DNA of 64,000 nucleotides from Phycisphaerae bacterium (GCA_050251615.1 JBFWMM010000001.1:88687-152686); one strand, 5' to 3'. Positions 42,290-52,500 are shown, counted from the first letter of the stretch. The notes: generated by a model not told the origin, from the sequence alone. Program-made: numbers and translations.

Positions 42290-43363
42290 TTATCGTTTTA
42301 CTCTGGCATTTCCTGCCCAGATGCTCCAAAGCTGGTCTTCATCGGCGGGCTGAGCGTAATCAGTGAGCATTGTCGCGGCCAGTGCACCGCTTGCCCAGCC
42401 GAATCTTGCGCATTTCTGCACGTCCCAGCCTTTAAGTATGCCGTAAAGCAGGCCGCCGACGAATCCATCGCCGCCGCCGATGCGGTCAAGAACGCCAATC
42501 TCGCGTGGCATTATAACTTCCCAATCTTTTGAGTCTGTTACGACGGCGCCCCACATATGCAGGTTCGCCGAGATGACCTCACGCAGCGTTGTGGCGAAGT
42601 ATGTTGCGTTGGGAAAGGCCTTCTGAACGCGGCCGATCATCTCTTTGAAGCCGTCTATCTTCTCCTCAAGACCTTTTCCTCCCGATTCGGGGCCTTCAAT
42701 GCCGAGGCAGAGCTGGAAGTCCTCTTCGTTGCCGATGAGGATGTCGCTCAGGGACGCTATTTCAGCGAAAGCCGCGGAGAGTTCTTTTTCTCTACCTTTC
42801 CAGAAGCTTGCTCTGTGGTTGAGGTCAAAGGAAATGCGCGAGCCGTTCGCTTTGGCTATCCTTGCTATGTCGAGGCAGAACTGGCTTGTCTTGGGTGAAA
42901 GCGCGGCGATAAGGCCCGAAAGGTGAACGATTTCAACGCCTTCCTGCGCGAAAATCCTGTCCAGGTCGAAATGCTCGCTTGAAAGCTCCCGCCCGACTTC
43001 CCCCGCTCTGTCGTTCTGCACCCTCGGCCCTCTTGATCCCCAGCCGCTGTCGGCCATGTTTATCTGGTGGCGGTAGCCCCAGGGGCCGGCTTGGTCGAAT
43101 TCAGGCGCTTCAAAATCCATCCTGCGGCTCTTGATGTTGTCCTTGATGAAATGCGAAACGGGGCTCCCCTTTACGAAAGCCGTCAGCACCTTGACCGGCA
43201 GCCCCAGATATGAGGCAACGCTTGCAACATTGCTTTCGGCGCTTGTCGCCTGCATCTTGAATGTGTCGCTACAATGAAAGGGCTGGGAGCCCGCGGGAGT
43301 GAGCCGCAGCCCCATGCTCGTGGGGATGAGAAGGGCGTATTTCTTTTGTGAAGTTGAAGCCAT
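42290..43363 (-). CDS. PfkB-family sugar-acid kinase (KdgK-like)
   Basis: ISFDLNHRASFW, GNEEDF, C-terminal DRIGGGDGF anion hole. Start at ATG 43363 (AAGGA RBS). Confidence 0.8.
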   Translation of the reverse strand: MASTSQKKYALLIPTSMGLRLTPAGSQPFHCSDTFKMQATSAESNVASVASYLGLPVKVLTAFVKGSPVSHFIKDNIKSRRMDFEAPEFDQAGPWGYRHQINMADSGWGSRGPRVQNDRAGEVGRELSSEHFDLDRIFAQEGVEIVHLSGLIAALSPKTSQFCLDIARIAKANGSRISFDLNHRASFWKGREKELSAAFAEIASLSDILIGNEEDFQLCLGIEGPESGGKGLEEKIDGFKEMIGRVQKAFPNATYFATTLREVISANLHMWGAVVTDSKDWEVIMPREIGVLDRIGGGDGFVGGLLYGILKGWDVQKCARFGWASGALAATMLTDYAQPADEDQLWSIWAGNARVKR

Positions 43364-43379
43364 ATTGTGTTTCCTTAAT

Positions 43380-44651
43380 TTATTTTTCAAATCTGTTGCG
43401 CCAAGCCCAGAGCCCGAGCGCGGGGTTTGAGATGTAGAAAATCTCTTCGCCGCCAACGCGGTTATAGCCGTCTTTGAGCTTCTCGGGGTCGTAGAGCTTT
43501 GTCATTTCTTCGAGGTCTGCGAAGGCGAAGTTTACCGATTCAACTTCTTCGCGCGTGAGGCCGCCGGTGCAGTAGGTAATTTTGAACCTGCCCTCGCTTG
43601 AGCCGTGGATCAGGTGCGCCGCGGCGCTGAGGTTGCCGGCGAGCTCGGGCTCACTCTCAATGAGCTTAAGCACCTTCTCTGAGCCTACGTACCCGTACTT
43701 TCTTATAAGCCGGTCGATTTCTTTGTCTTCCCCGAACTCCTTCACACCCGGAGCAAGCACAATCAGCTCGCCGTCATCGGCCATTGCCATACGCGTGCGA
43801 TAGATGCTCTTATTGCCCAGCCACGTGCTTTTGAACTCATCGGGCTCAAGGTAAACAACGCATTTCTTCAGCGGCTCATCGAGCATTTGAAAATTGACTT
43901 CAAGCGAAAGCGCCGCGGCGAGCTCGTAGCATTCAATATCATCGCCGATAAACATCCCGCGAACAACCTGCCCGTTATCGGTGCCCTCGATGACAGTCTG
44001 TACATAGAGGATTGGTGGCAATGAGTCCATGAAGTTGTCGCTGGCGTAGTTGAGCACCTTTCTCACGGGGCTGTCGGCGCGGCCCATAATCCGTTCCATG
44101 CCGTACGCGGCGCCGAGGAAGTGGCTCTTGTTGATGCCTTCGGAGCCGCCGGTGCCGACGAAGATGTTTTTGTTGTAGTTGGCCATGCCTATCACTTCGT
44201 GCGGCACAACCTGCCCGACCGAGAGTATGAGGTCGAATCCGCCGCCCGAGAGCAGGCTGTTGACCTGCGCGGGCCAGTCAAAGCTGACCTTCCCTCCGCT
44301 CACTTCGCTGACATATTCACCCGGAACGATGCCGAGAGTTTTCAGGTCGCTGCGCCAGTTGTGTACGCGAAACAGCTCGTGCGGCATCCTGCCGAACATT
44401 CTGCTGATCTCGCTGTTGGTCATAGGGGCGTGGGTGCCGAGCGCCGGCAGGACGTCTGTGAGCCTGTCGCCGAGAATCTCCCATGCGTATTCTGTGAGCA
44501 GGCCCGCGCGGCTGTGAAAACGCGTCGCGTCCGGCGGTATTGCCAGCACCTTCCTGCAATCTGTAAAATGTTCCAGAGCCTCTGCCAGGCCGGATCTTAA
44601 ATCGGCCGCTGAGAGCGAGTCGTCCCTGGAACCTCTTTTGTAGTACAACAT
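43380..44651 (-). CDS. LarA (lactate racemase) superfamily / DUF2088 2-hydroxyacid epimerase
   Basis: PPDATR, ALGTH, VPHE, NYNKN and INKSH align by eye with the LarA D/R, H, H, K and H active-site positions. Confidence 0.8.
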   Translation of the reverse strand: MLYYKRGSRDDSLSAADLRSGLAEALEHFTDCRKVLAIPPDATRFHSRAGLLTEYAWEILGDRLTDVLPALGTHAPMTNSEISRMFGRMPHELFRVHNWRSDLKTLGIVPGEYVSEVSGGKVSFDWPAQVNSLLSGGGFDLILSVGQVVPHEVIGMANYNKNIFVGTGGSEGINKSHFLGAAYGMERIMGRADSPVRKVLNYASDNFMDSLPPILYVQTVIEGTDNGQVVRGMFIGDDIECYELAAALSLEVNFQMLDEPLKKCVVYLEPDEFKSTWLGNKSIYRTRMAMADDGELIVLAPGVKEFGEDKEIDRLIRKYGYVGSEKVLKLIESEPELAGNLSAAAHLIHGSSEGRFKITYCTGGLTREEVESVNFAFADLEEMTKLYDPEKLKDGYNRVGGEEIFYISNPALGLWAWRNRFEK

Positions 44652-44867
44652 TGATACACCTTTCTGTTACCCTTTATCCGCCTCGCTTTGGGAGGCCGGA
44701 TAATCTATATGATACAGATATTAAATCAGAATGCGATATAAACTTGGCTCTCAACGCAATTTTTTGACGTAAAATAGCGCTCGGAGCCTTCACCTTGTGT
44801 GAGAACCGGCGTATTGTGGTTTTGTTTTTCAGCTTACGACAACGCAGTTGCAACGGAACGGCAAAAA

Positions 44868-45104
44868 CACGAAAAGCACGAAAGCGAAGCAATTTAAAAT
44901 TTCATGTTTAAGATTTAAAAATCTCCGTACCTCCGTGAACTCCGTATCAAACATATAAACCTATCGGCAGTAATGAGTTAGTGCAGGAAAGGCGCGTTGC
45001 GGTGGGCTTTGTTTACTTAGTATTATTTGTGGTTTCGTCCGATTGGCAGGGCGCTTGTGCACCTCCGCTCTATAATCTTCGTGTGCTTCGCGCGCTTAGT
45101 GGTT
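44868..45104. repeat. Short-period degenerate repeats in the intergenic region
   Basis: CACGAAAAG-CACGAAAG (44868); CTCCGT x3 (44923, 44931, 44940); CTTCG/CTTAG x3 with 9-bp period (from ~45077). Confidence 0.5.
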
Positions 45105-45141
45105 AATCAATACAAACTCCGCTTGTGTGGCTAAAGTGTCG

Positions 45142-45327
45142 TCAGTCGTCAAGTATCTCATCTTCCGGTCTGGCGATTACCTTGTAATCTTCTTCCAACC
45201 AGCCGTTCAGGTCGGCAAGTTTGCAACGTTCGCTGCAAAATGGGAAAAACTTGTTTTTAGATGGCAGCTCAATTGCGGTGGCACATTTGCGGCATTTATA
45301 CATCGTATTGTTTGATTTTTCGGTCAT
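45142..45327 (-). CDS. yacG: DNA gyrase inhibitor YacG
   Basis: CRKC...FPFCSERCKLADLNGWL zinc finger. Confidence 0.9.
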   Translation of the reverse strand: MTEKSNNTMYKCRKCATAIELPSKNKFFPFCSERCKLADLNGWLEEDYKVIARPEDEILDD

Positions 45328-45393
45328 TTTCCTTATCCTTTCCGGCTTAGCCGGCGCTGTGCCAGCGTTTATTATCTAAAAACGCATATTATT

Positions 45394-45810
45394 ATGTTCC
45401 CTGATAAAATTTACAAGCCCAAAATCGAGATCGAGATCGTGCCTCGCTACAACGAGACCGATCAGGGAGGTATCGTGCATCACTGCACATACCCTGTTTA
45501 CTTTGAAATCGCTCGTACCGAGCTGCTTCGTGCCAACGGCATGGCGTACGCAGAGCTTGAAAAAAACGGTTGCCGCATGGTTGTCGCCGAGCTGAATGTG
45601 AAATATCGCTCGCCTGCGTTCTACGATGAGAAGCTGACGATGGAAGTGGAGTGTACAAAGGTAACTCGCGCGAGAATCGAACACAGCTACCGCCTGTATC
45701 GTGCCGAGACGAATCAGACCGTCTGCGAGGGCAACACAATCCTTGCCTGCATAGACGAAGCGGGGCGGCCGAGACAGGTGCCTGCGTTTTTACACGTGGA
45801 CGAGCAATGA
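45394..45810 (+). CDS. Acyl-CoA thioesterase (YbgC/4HBT hotdog family)
   Basis: RYNETDQGGIVHH..Y..YFEIARTE; YRSPAFYDE. Confidence 0.85.
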   Translation: MFPDKIYKPKIEIEIVPRYNETDQGGIVHHCTYPVYFEIARTELLRANGMAYAELEKNGCRMVVAELNVKYRSPAFYDEKLTMEVECTKVTRARIEHSYRLYRAETNQTVCEGNTILACIDEAGRPRQVPAFLHVDEQ

Positions 45811-45844
45811 AGCTTGAAAAAACGTAAATTTTACGTGAAAAAGC

Positions 45845-45872
45845 TGGACAACCGCCCCTTTAACGCTAAAAT
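45845..45872 (+). promoter_or_regulatory. Possible sigma70 promoter for rpmA
   Basis: TGGACA-N16-TAAAAT. Confidence 0.4.
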
Positions 45873-45932
45873 GCGTTGTTCTTAAACTAACGCAGAATGT
45901 AATTGTTGATAATTTGACGCGAGGATTTATAC

Positions 45933-46178
45933 ATGGCACATAAAAAAGGACAGGGTTCTTCAAGGAACGGTCGCGACAGCAACCCGCAGTACCGCGGCGT
46001 TAAGCTATATGGCGGCCAGAAGGCAAAGGCCGGTTCAATTATCGTTCGTCAGGTTGGCACGAAGTTCCACCCGGGCTTTAATGTCGGTCTCGGCAACGAC
46101 TACACCCTCTTTGCTCTTAAAGAAGGCGTTGTAAGGTTCCAGGGCAAGAAGGTACATATCGACTGCCCCGAGGCCTGA
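45933..46178 (+). CDS. rpmA: 50S ribosomal protein L27
   Basis: [40 protein letters not shown]. Confidence 0.97.
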   Translation: MAHKKGQGSSRNGRDSNPQYRGVKLYGGQKAKAGSIIVRQVGTKFHPGFNVGLGNDYTLFALKEGVVRFQGKKVHIDCPEA

Positions 46179-46212
46179 TAAGACTGTCGGTTTCGATCGA
46201 CCCGAATAAAAC

Positions 46213-46245
46213 AAGGCGACTCCCGTAACGGGCGGTCGCCTTTTG
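46213..46245 (+). terminator. Terminator after rpmA
   Basis: AAGGCGACTCCCG-TAA-CGGGCGGTCGCCTT followed by TT. Confidence 0.7.
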
Positions 46246-46264
46246 CTTTTCAGCAGAGTAAGAT

Positions 46265-47356
46265 TTGTTAAACAAAATCAAAGACGCCTTCCAATGTTTT
46301 GATGTTCCCGGTGACTTCGAGCGGGCCGTTGAGCTTTCCTGCGGCAACATCAACGATACCTGGCGCATAACCGCCGGCTCCGGCGGCAGGCAGCTGGAGT
46401 ACATACTCCAGCGCGTTAACACGAATGTGTTCAGGGCTCCTGAGGCGATGATGAGCAATATCGTACGTGTAGTACAACACCACCGCGAGGCGCTCATAAT
46501 CAGCGGCAGCAGTGATATTGAGCAGCGCGTTCTCAACGTTTACAAGACACTTAACGGCTCACATTACCACATAGATGCCGGCGGCAATTTCTGGCGTTGT
46601 CATCAGTTTATAGAAGGCACAACCTACGAAGCAATCTCCGCCCCCGAGTATCTTTACGGTGCGGCTTTTGCGTTCGGTTCATTCTTAGCCACTCTCGACA
46701 CACTCCCCTGCGATATGCACGAGACCATACCCGATTTTCACAACGGCCGCATACGACTGGCACAGCTTCAGGAAGCGGTCAGTGAGGACCGGCTCGGCCG
46801 AGTGAGCGCGGTGCGTGAGGAAGTGGATTTTGTGTTTGAGCGCCAGAGCGTGCTTACGGAGATTCAGCAGCTTATCGATTCAGGCCGCCTGCCACTGCGC
46901 ATCACTCACAACGATACAAAGATAAGCAACGTCATCTTCAAGAAGGGTAGTGCGGAACCGCTCTGCGTGATTGACCTTGATACTGTTATGGGTGGTTCGG
47001 CGCTGTTTGATTTCGGCGACCTTGTCCGCTCTGCGGCGAATACGGTAAACGAGGAAGAGGGTGATTTCGCAAAAGCAAGCTTTGAGCTGGAGCGCTTCAG
47101 GCATATCCATCGCGGCTACCGCGATGCAACCGCCAATATCCTCACCGAAAAGGAAATAGAACACCTCGCTGACGGCATAAAGCTCATTACGCTTATGCTT
47201 GTGGCACGTTATCTTTCGGACTATCTTCGCGGCGATGTCTATTTCAAAACCAGAGACCCCAAGCACAACCTTCGCCGCGCGATGAATCACATCAATCTCT
47301 ACCGCTCGATAACGGGGCAGGAAGACGCAATCAGAAGTATCATTCAGGCATATTGA
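46265..47356 (+). CDS. APH/choline-kinase-fold phosphotransferase, N-acetylhexosamine 1-kinase-like
   Basis: GNINDT, YILQRVN, ETIPDFH, RITHNDTKISN, VIDLDTVM and DFGD motifs. Confidence 0.75.
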   Translation: MLNKIKDAFQCFDVPGDFERAVELSCGNINDTWRITAGSGGRQLEYILQRVNTNVFRAPEAMMSNIVRVVQHHREALIISGSSDIEQRVLNVYKTLNGSHYHIDAGGNFWRCHQFIEGTTYEAISAPEYLYGAAFAFGSFLATLDTLPCDMHETIPDFHNGRIRLAQLQEAVSEDRLGRVSAVREEVDFVFERQSVLTEIQQLIDSGRLPLRITHNDTKISNVIFKKGSAEPLCVIDLDTVMGGSALFDFGDLVRSAANTVNEEEGDFAKASFELERFRHIHRGYRDATANILTEKEIEHLADGIKLITLMLVARYLSDYLRGDVYFKTRDPKHNLRRAMNHINLYRSITGQEDAIRSIIQAY

Positions 47357-47515
47357 AGCTAAGTATTCCTCAGGGCACATACATCCAAAATTAGACAGCG
47401 AGAGAGCTGGAATTATTTGTCAAATCAGCCAAATTACTTACACTTGAACAAACCGGTTTGAGTATAGCCCGAGCCGGACGGTTAGATATTGTCAGTAATT
47501 AGAGAAAGGATGATT

Positions 47516-49291
47516 ATGCTCAGAAGAATTATGTTTGCGCTGCTGCCGGCTGTGGTTGCCGCGGCCGCTCCGAACCTCGCCTACCGCACCAATGCGCCAA
47601 CACCCCCTATGGGCTGGAACAGCTGGGATATTTTCGGTACGACAGTTACCGAAGAGCAGATAATGCAACAGGCCGATGCTATGGCCGAAAAACTGTTGCC
47701 GAACGGCTGGCAATACCTCACAGTCGATATTCAGTGGTATGAGCCGAACGCTAAGGGCCATGTTTACCAGGAGGGTGCGCCGCTCCAGATGGATGAGTAC
47801 AGCAGGCTCACTCCCGCGCTTACGAAATTCCCCTCCGCCGCAGAGGGAGCGGGCTTCAAGCCGCTCGCAGACTACGTACACTCAAAGGGGCTCAAGTTCG
47901 GTATCCATATCATGCGCGGCATCTCAAGGCAGGCAGTAAAGCAGAATATGCCCATTATCGGCACAGCAGCGAAGGCCGCAGATATTGCCCTGACAAACCA
48001 CACCTGCCCGTGGAATCCCGATATGTACGGCGTGGATATGAGCAGGCAGGGTGCGCAGGAATACTACGATTCCATCTTTGCGCTGTACGCATCGTGGGGC
48101 GTGGATTTTGTGAAAGTGGACGATATCTCCCGCCCCTATGATGATGTTCAGAAGGCCGAGATCGAAGCTATACGCAAGGCAATAGACAAAACAGGGCGAC
48201 CGATTGTGCTGAGCCTCTCTCCCGGTGATACGCCGATTGAGCGTGGCAGCCACGTTATGAACTATGCGAATATGTGGCGTATCTCGGACGACTTCTGGGA
48301 CCGCTGGCTACCTTTGCGCAATATGTTCGGCAGGCTCGAAAAATGGTCGCAGTACCGCGCGCAGGGCGCATGGCCGGATGCGGATATGCTGCCGTTCGGC
48401 TTCGTGGAATTCGGCCGCCCCACACGCTTCACGAAAAATGAACAGCGGCTTTGCATGAGCCTCTGGTGTATCGCACGCTCACCGCTTATCTTCGGCGGCG
48501 ATATGACGCGTCTCGACGAGTTTACCGTGAATCTGCTTGCCAACAGCGAGGTGCTTGCGGTCAATCAGGCCAGTGAGAACAACCGCCAGATTTCGCGTGA
48601 TAACAACCTGATTGTCTGGGCGGCGGACGTGTTAGGCAGCAGTGATAAGTATGTGGCGCTGTTCAACGCGCAGAGCGAGAATGAGGATGCCGATTTCTTC
48701 AGCTGTACCTATAAAAGCCCGCTTCTGGATGCCGGCAGAAATACTGTGGGCATTGCAGTTTCCATCAAGGGCAAGAGCCGGCTGACGCTTGCCGTGAGCA
48801 ACGCCGATGACAACTTCAGCTGGGATCACGCCGTATGGGTGAACCCCTTGCTTACAGGCGCTAAAGGCACTCTGAGTCTGACAGATCTCAAATGGACCTC
48901 TGCAACCGCCGGCTGGGGCAGGCCCATGGTAAACAGAACTTGCGAAGACAAGCCGCTTGAGGTGGGTGGGAAGAGCGTTGAGGGAATCGGTACACACGCC
49001 GAATCCACTATCGTTTACGATATTCCCGAGGGCTACGACACCTTCAGCGCAATCGGCGCTCTCACTACAAATCAAGGCTCCATCAGGTTTGGTGTGCTTG
49101 CGGAGAATGTTAGCGCGGAGAAGCCGGAATCAAGTGAAGTGTCGGTTGCTTTTTCCGAGCTTGGCCTTGGCGACAAAGTAAAGGTGAGAGACCTCTGGGA
49201 GAAGAAAGACGTTGGTGTCTTTGAGGGAGAGTTCGGCGTTGCTTTGAAATATCATCAGGCCGGTCTATACCGCCTTAGCCCACAGCAGTAG
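47516..49291 (+). CDS. Secreted GH27 alpha-galactosidase with an inserted NPCBM-like module
   Basis: TPPMGWNSW, VDIQW, GLKFGIH, WGVDFVKVD and MWRISDD; NPCBM-like GWG..GIGTHA. Start 47510 or 47516. Confidence 0.88.
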   Translation: MLRRIMFALLPAVVAAAAPNLAYRTNAPTPPMGWNSWDIFGTTVTEEQIMQQADAMAEKLLPNGWQYLTVDIQWYEPNAKGHVYQEGAPLQMDEYSRLTPALTKFPSAAEGAGFKPLADYVHSKGLKFGIHIMRGISRQAVKQNMPIIGTAAKAADIALTNHTCPWNPDMYGVDMSRQGAQEYYDSIFALYASWGVDFVKVDDISRPYDDVQKAEIEAIRKAIDKTGRPIVLSLSPGDTPIERGSHVMNYANMWRISDDFWDRWLPLRNMFGRLEKWSQYRAQGAWPDADMLPFGFVEFGRPTRFTKNEQRLCMSLWCIARSPLIFGGDMTRLDEFTVNLLANSEVLAVNQASENNRQISRDNNLIVWAADVLGSSDKYVALFNAQSENEDADFFSCTYKSPLLDAGRNTVGIAVSIKGKSRLTLAVSNADDNFSWDHAVWVNPLLTGAKGTLSLTDLKWTSATAGWGRPMVNRTCEDKPLEVGGKSVEGIGTHAESTIVYDIPEGYDTFSAIGALTTNQGSIRFGVLAENVSAEKPESSEVSVAFSELGLGDKVKVRDLWEKKDVGVFEGEFGVALKYHQAGLYRLSPQQ

Positions 49292-49328
49292 GAAGCATAA
49301 AAACATCTTACAAAATCCGTTGATTTGT

Positions 49329-49366
49329 AAAACAGGGCAGGTTGTCGTAACCTGCCCTGTTTTTTT
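49329..49366 (+). terminator. Intrinsic terminator after GH27
   Basis: AAAACAGGGCAGGTT-loop-AACCTGCCCTGTTTTTTT. Confidence 0.85.
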
Positions 49367-49545
49367 GTATGGGTTCTCCGGCAGCTTTTGCGCAGAGTTT
49401 GTCAGCGACCTGTTACGACTGACAGAAACTGCACACACTATTAACGAAATACTGTTTTTTTTATCGCATTCGCCTTACAGTGATACATATCATTTTGCTT
49501 ATGACAGCAACTCTAAAACTCAATTACTTAACTGGAAGGAAAAAA

Positions 49546-52500
49546 ATGAAAAAGAAACTGTTTACATCCGCACTGGCACTTTTACTTTCGGTGAATGCTT
49601 GGACGTTCGCAAGCTCGCCGGGACAATCGTTCAAAATTGCTGTACTGCCCGACACGCAGCACTATTCACGTAACTACCCCGAGACATTCGCCGCCCAGAC
49701 ACAATGGGTCGCCGACAATAAAGAGGCCGAGAACATTGCATTTCTCACGCAACTCGGCGATATTGTTAATAACGGCGGTAGCGATCCGAACCAGTGGGTA
49801 AACGCTGATGCCGCTATCGACATTCTCGATGGCGTCCTGCCTTACTCGGTTACTCTCGGCAACCATGACTTACACACGCCTCACGAAAGATATGATGGCG
49901 CCGCGGAATATCTCTATTTCTTCGGCCCGCAACGTTACGAGAATTACAACTGGTACGGCGGCAGCGACAGAAAGGGCTGGTGTCATTATCAGATATTTAC
50001 GGCAGGCGAAAAAGAATGGCTTCACCTCAACCTCCCCGTCTTTCCTGATGATGAAGAGTTGAAGTGGGCGCAGGACGTTCTTGATGAGTATCCCACAATG
50101 CCGGCCATCTATTCAACCCACGCCTATCTCTCCGATATGGAAGACCCCAACGAACCTTTCCTTCCCCTCTATTCAGGCTTGAGCTACAATCAAGTCGGCT
50201 GCAATTCGGGGCTGGGGCAGTGGCAGAAGTTCGTTGCCAACAACGACCAGATCTTTCTCGTGCTCAATGGCCATCACTCCGGAGATGAAACCGAAATGAC
50301 CGGCGATGACGGTGAAGCGGTTCTCGTTTCTCAAAATGTTTACGGCAAGGACGTTGTTCAGCTCTGCCAGGACTATCAGGCACTTGATAACGGCGGCAAC
50401 GGCTATATGCGTCTGATCGAGCTTGACCTTGTTAATGGCAAGATTAACGTGAAGACATATTCTCCCACTCTCAACGCGTACATGACAGACGAAAGCAGCG
50501 AGTTCAGCATTGACCTCGATTTTGCGGCACGTTTCGAGAGCGTTATGTCGCGCGAAAGTACAACTATCCCGACGGTTCAGGCGGCCAACATTACGGTTGA
50601 GCAGTACAGCCCTGATAATGAGCCCACAGATATACTTGCGTTCATTCCCTACGAACAGAGCACGCCTCTTTTCTTCATGAACGACCCGAACGCAACCGAG
50701 GGCGGAAGCAACCGTGGCGACATTGCGATAAAGGTCGGTGAGAACCCTTATGATGATGCCATCAACGGCATTTATATTGCCACAATTGCCGAAAATGAGC
50801 GTATGAACGCCGACCACTATGAGCATTCCGGCTATTCGCACGTCAGCTCGCCCGCGATCGGCTACGGCAGCGGTAACAATTGGATCGCCACTTTCACGAC
50901 ATCTCGCATGTATATGGACAGCACCGTATTGTATGCTGGCGGCCACGAAGAAAACGTAAATGTTTCTGCCGCATACTTCCCCTTTGAACAGGGTTGGATC
51001 GGTGCTCATGGATCAAACTGGACCAATAATCTTGCGCTTTCAATGGTTATCAGTGGCGGTCAGATCACTCTCCACGATGAGCTCAAAGACATTATGTACG
51101 ACAGCGTTATAATACCGCGATTTTATGCCGGATCCGCGGATTTCCCCGAGCAGGATGGCATCTGGAAACTTACGCTTGACGGCATAAACAGCATCCGCGA
51201 TGGCGTTTTGCTGGCCTGTGGCGGAAAGAACGAAGACAACTACTCAGCAGCTGCTCCGACATCCGACGGCGAGGGTTGGTCAATCTTTACCAAGGATAAC
51301 GGCGCTAACGGCCTCTCAACCGGAGAAGAAGACCCGTTCAATATAGTTTACATTCCTTATGAGACCCCGGGTATCGCTGCGGGCGTTGTATCGGGCAGAG
51401 GCGGCATCAGAAACGGTACCGAAAACTTCCGTGTTTACCACGAGGCAAACGGCACCTACCGCCTGACTATTGAAGGCCACAGCCCCGAAACAGGCGCACT
51501 GCTTCTTACACAGGGTACAGGCACTTACGCGGCTGATAACACTATGACTTATGAGCCGGATGGCGAGGCGTGGATTATTCAGACGCGCGACCTGCCCAAT
51601 GGCGGCCTGCAGAGCAATAAATATAAGGATGTCGGCTTCGTGTTCGCGTTCATCCCGTTTGCTGACGCTCCCGCGGCGCCGGGCCCGAACAGGATATTCA
51701 ATGAGTCTGAAATCTCTGCCGGCGACTTTGTTGTAACCTCCAATGCAAGTACTGAGGTTGGGGAAATCCATAGAATTGCCGGACGTAACTACCTCACAGC
51801 CGACCACAGCGACAGAGGTGATTTCGGTATGGCGCGCTGCGGTTTCCAGATGCCGATTGAAGAGGGCATTATGATGGTAACTGCTCGTGAGGCTTTCCGT
51901 ACAGATGAAGGATCCACCTTTATGGCCACATTCTCCGCTGACCGCACATGTATGTATGGCGGTGCCGGGCTTACTCTGCATAAGGCACAGACGGATGCCG
52001 CGGAATGTAACGCCAATTTTGCGGCGGTATGGCTGCCCTTCAACGGCGGATATGCCGGCGGTCATATCAACATTGACGATGCCGTTGAGGCATCAGACGG
52101 CCCCGCGGTGACTGTAACTGCGGGTTCCCTTGCCGGCGACCACGAAATCAAACTTGCAGGCGTTACTCCCGAGCAGGGCGCATTGTTTGTAACTATTCAG
52201 TGTAACGACGACAAAACTGCCTGCATCAGCAGAAATGCTGACAATACCGGCTGGAGGCTTGTAACCCGAGACAACGCCCAGGTGTTCGGATTTGAAGACG
52301 ATGAGTTCGGCTACCTCTACCTGCCTTACGGAAGCAAAGAATTTATTGTCGCGCAGGTTAACGCAGCAGGTACAACGGAAAAGGCAAACGGTGAGTTCAC
52401 TGTTTCAAAGACCTCAACGGGCTCGTACCGCGTAACAATCCCAGGCGCAACACCTGCAACCGGTATGCTTCTGCTGAACAGCTGCGACACAAACAGCTTT

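Noticed and set aside
50173-52065. 278-aa and 249-aa minus-strand ORFs
   Set aside because: Antisense to the large phosphoesterase, whose repeat structure supports the plus frame.
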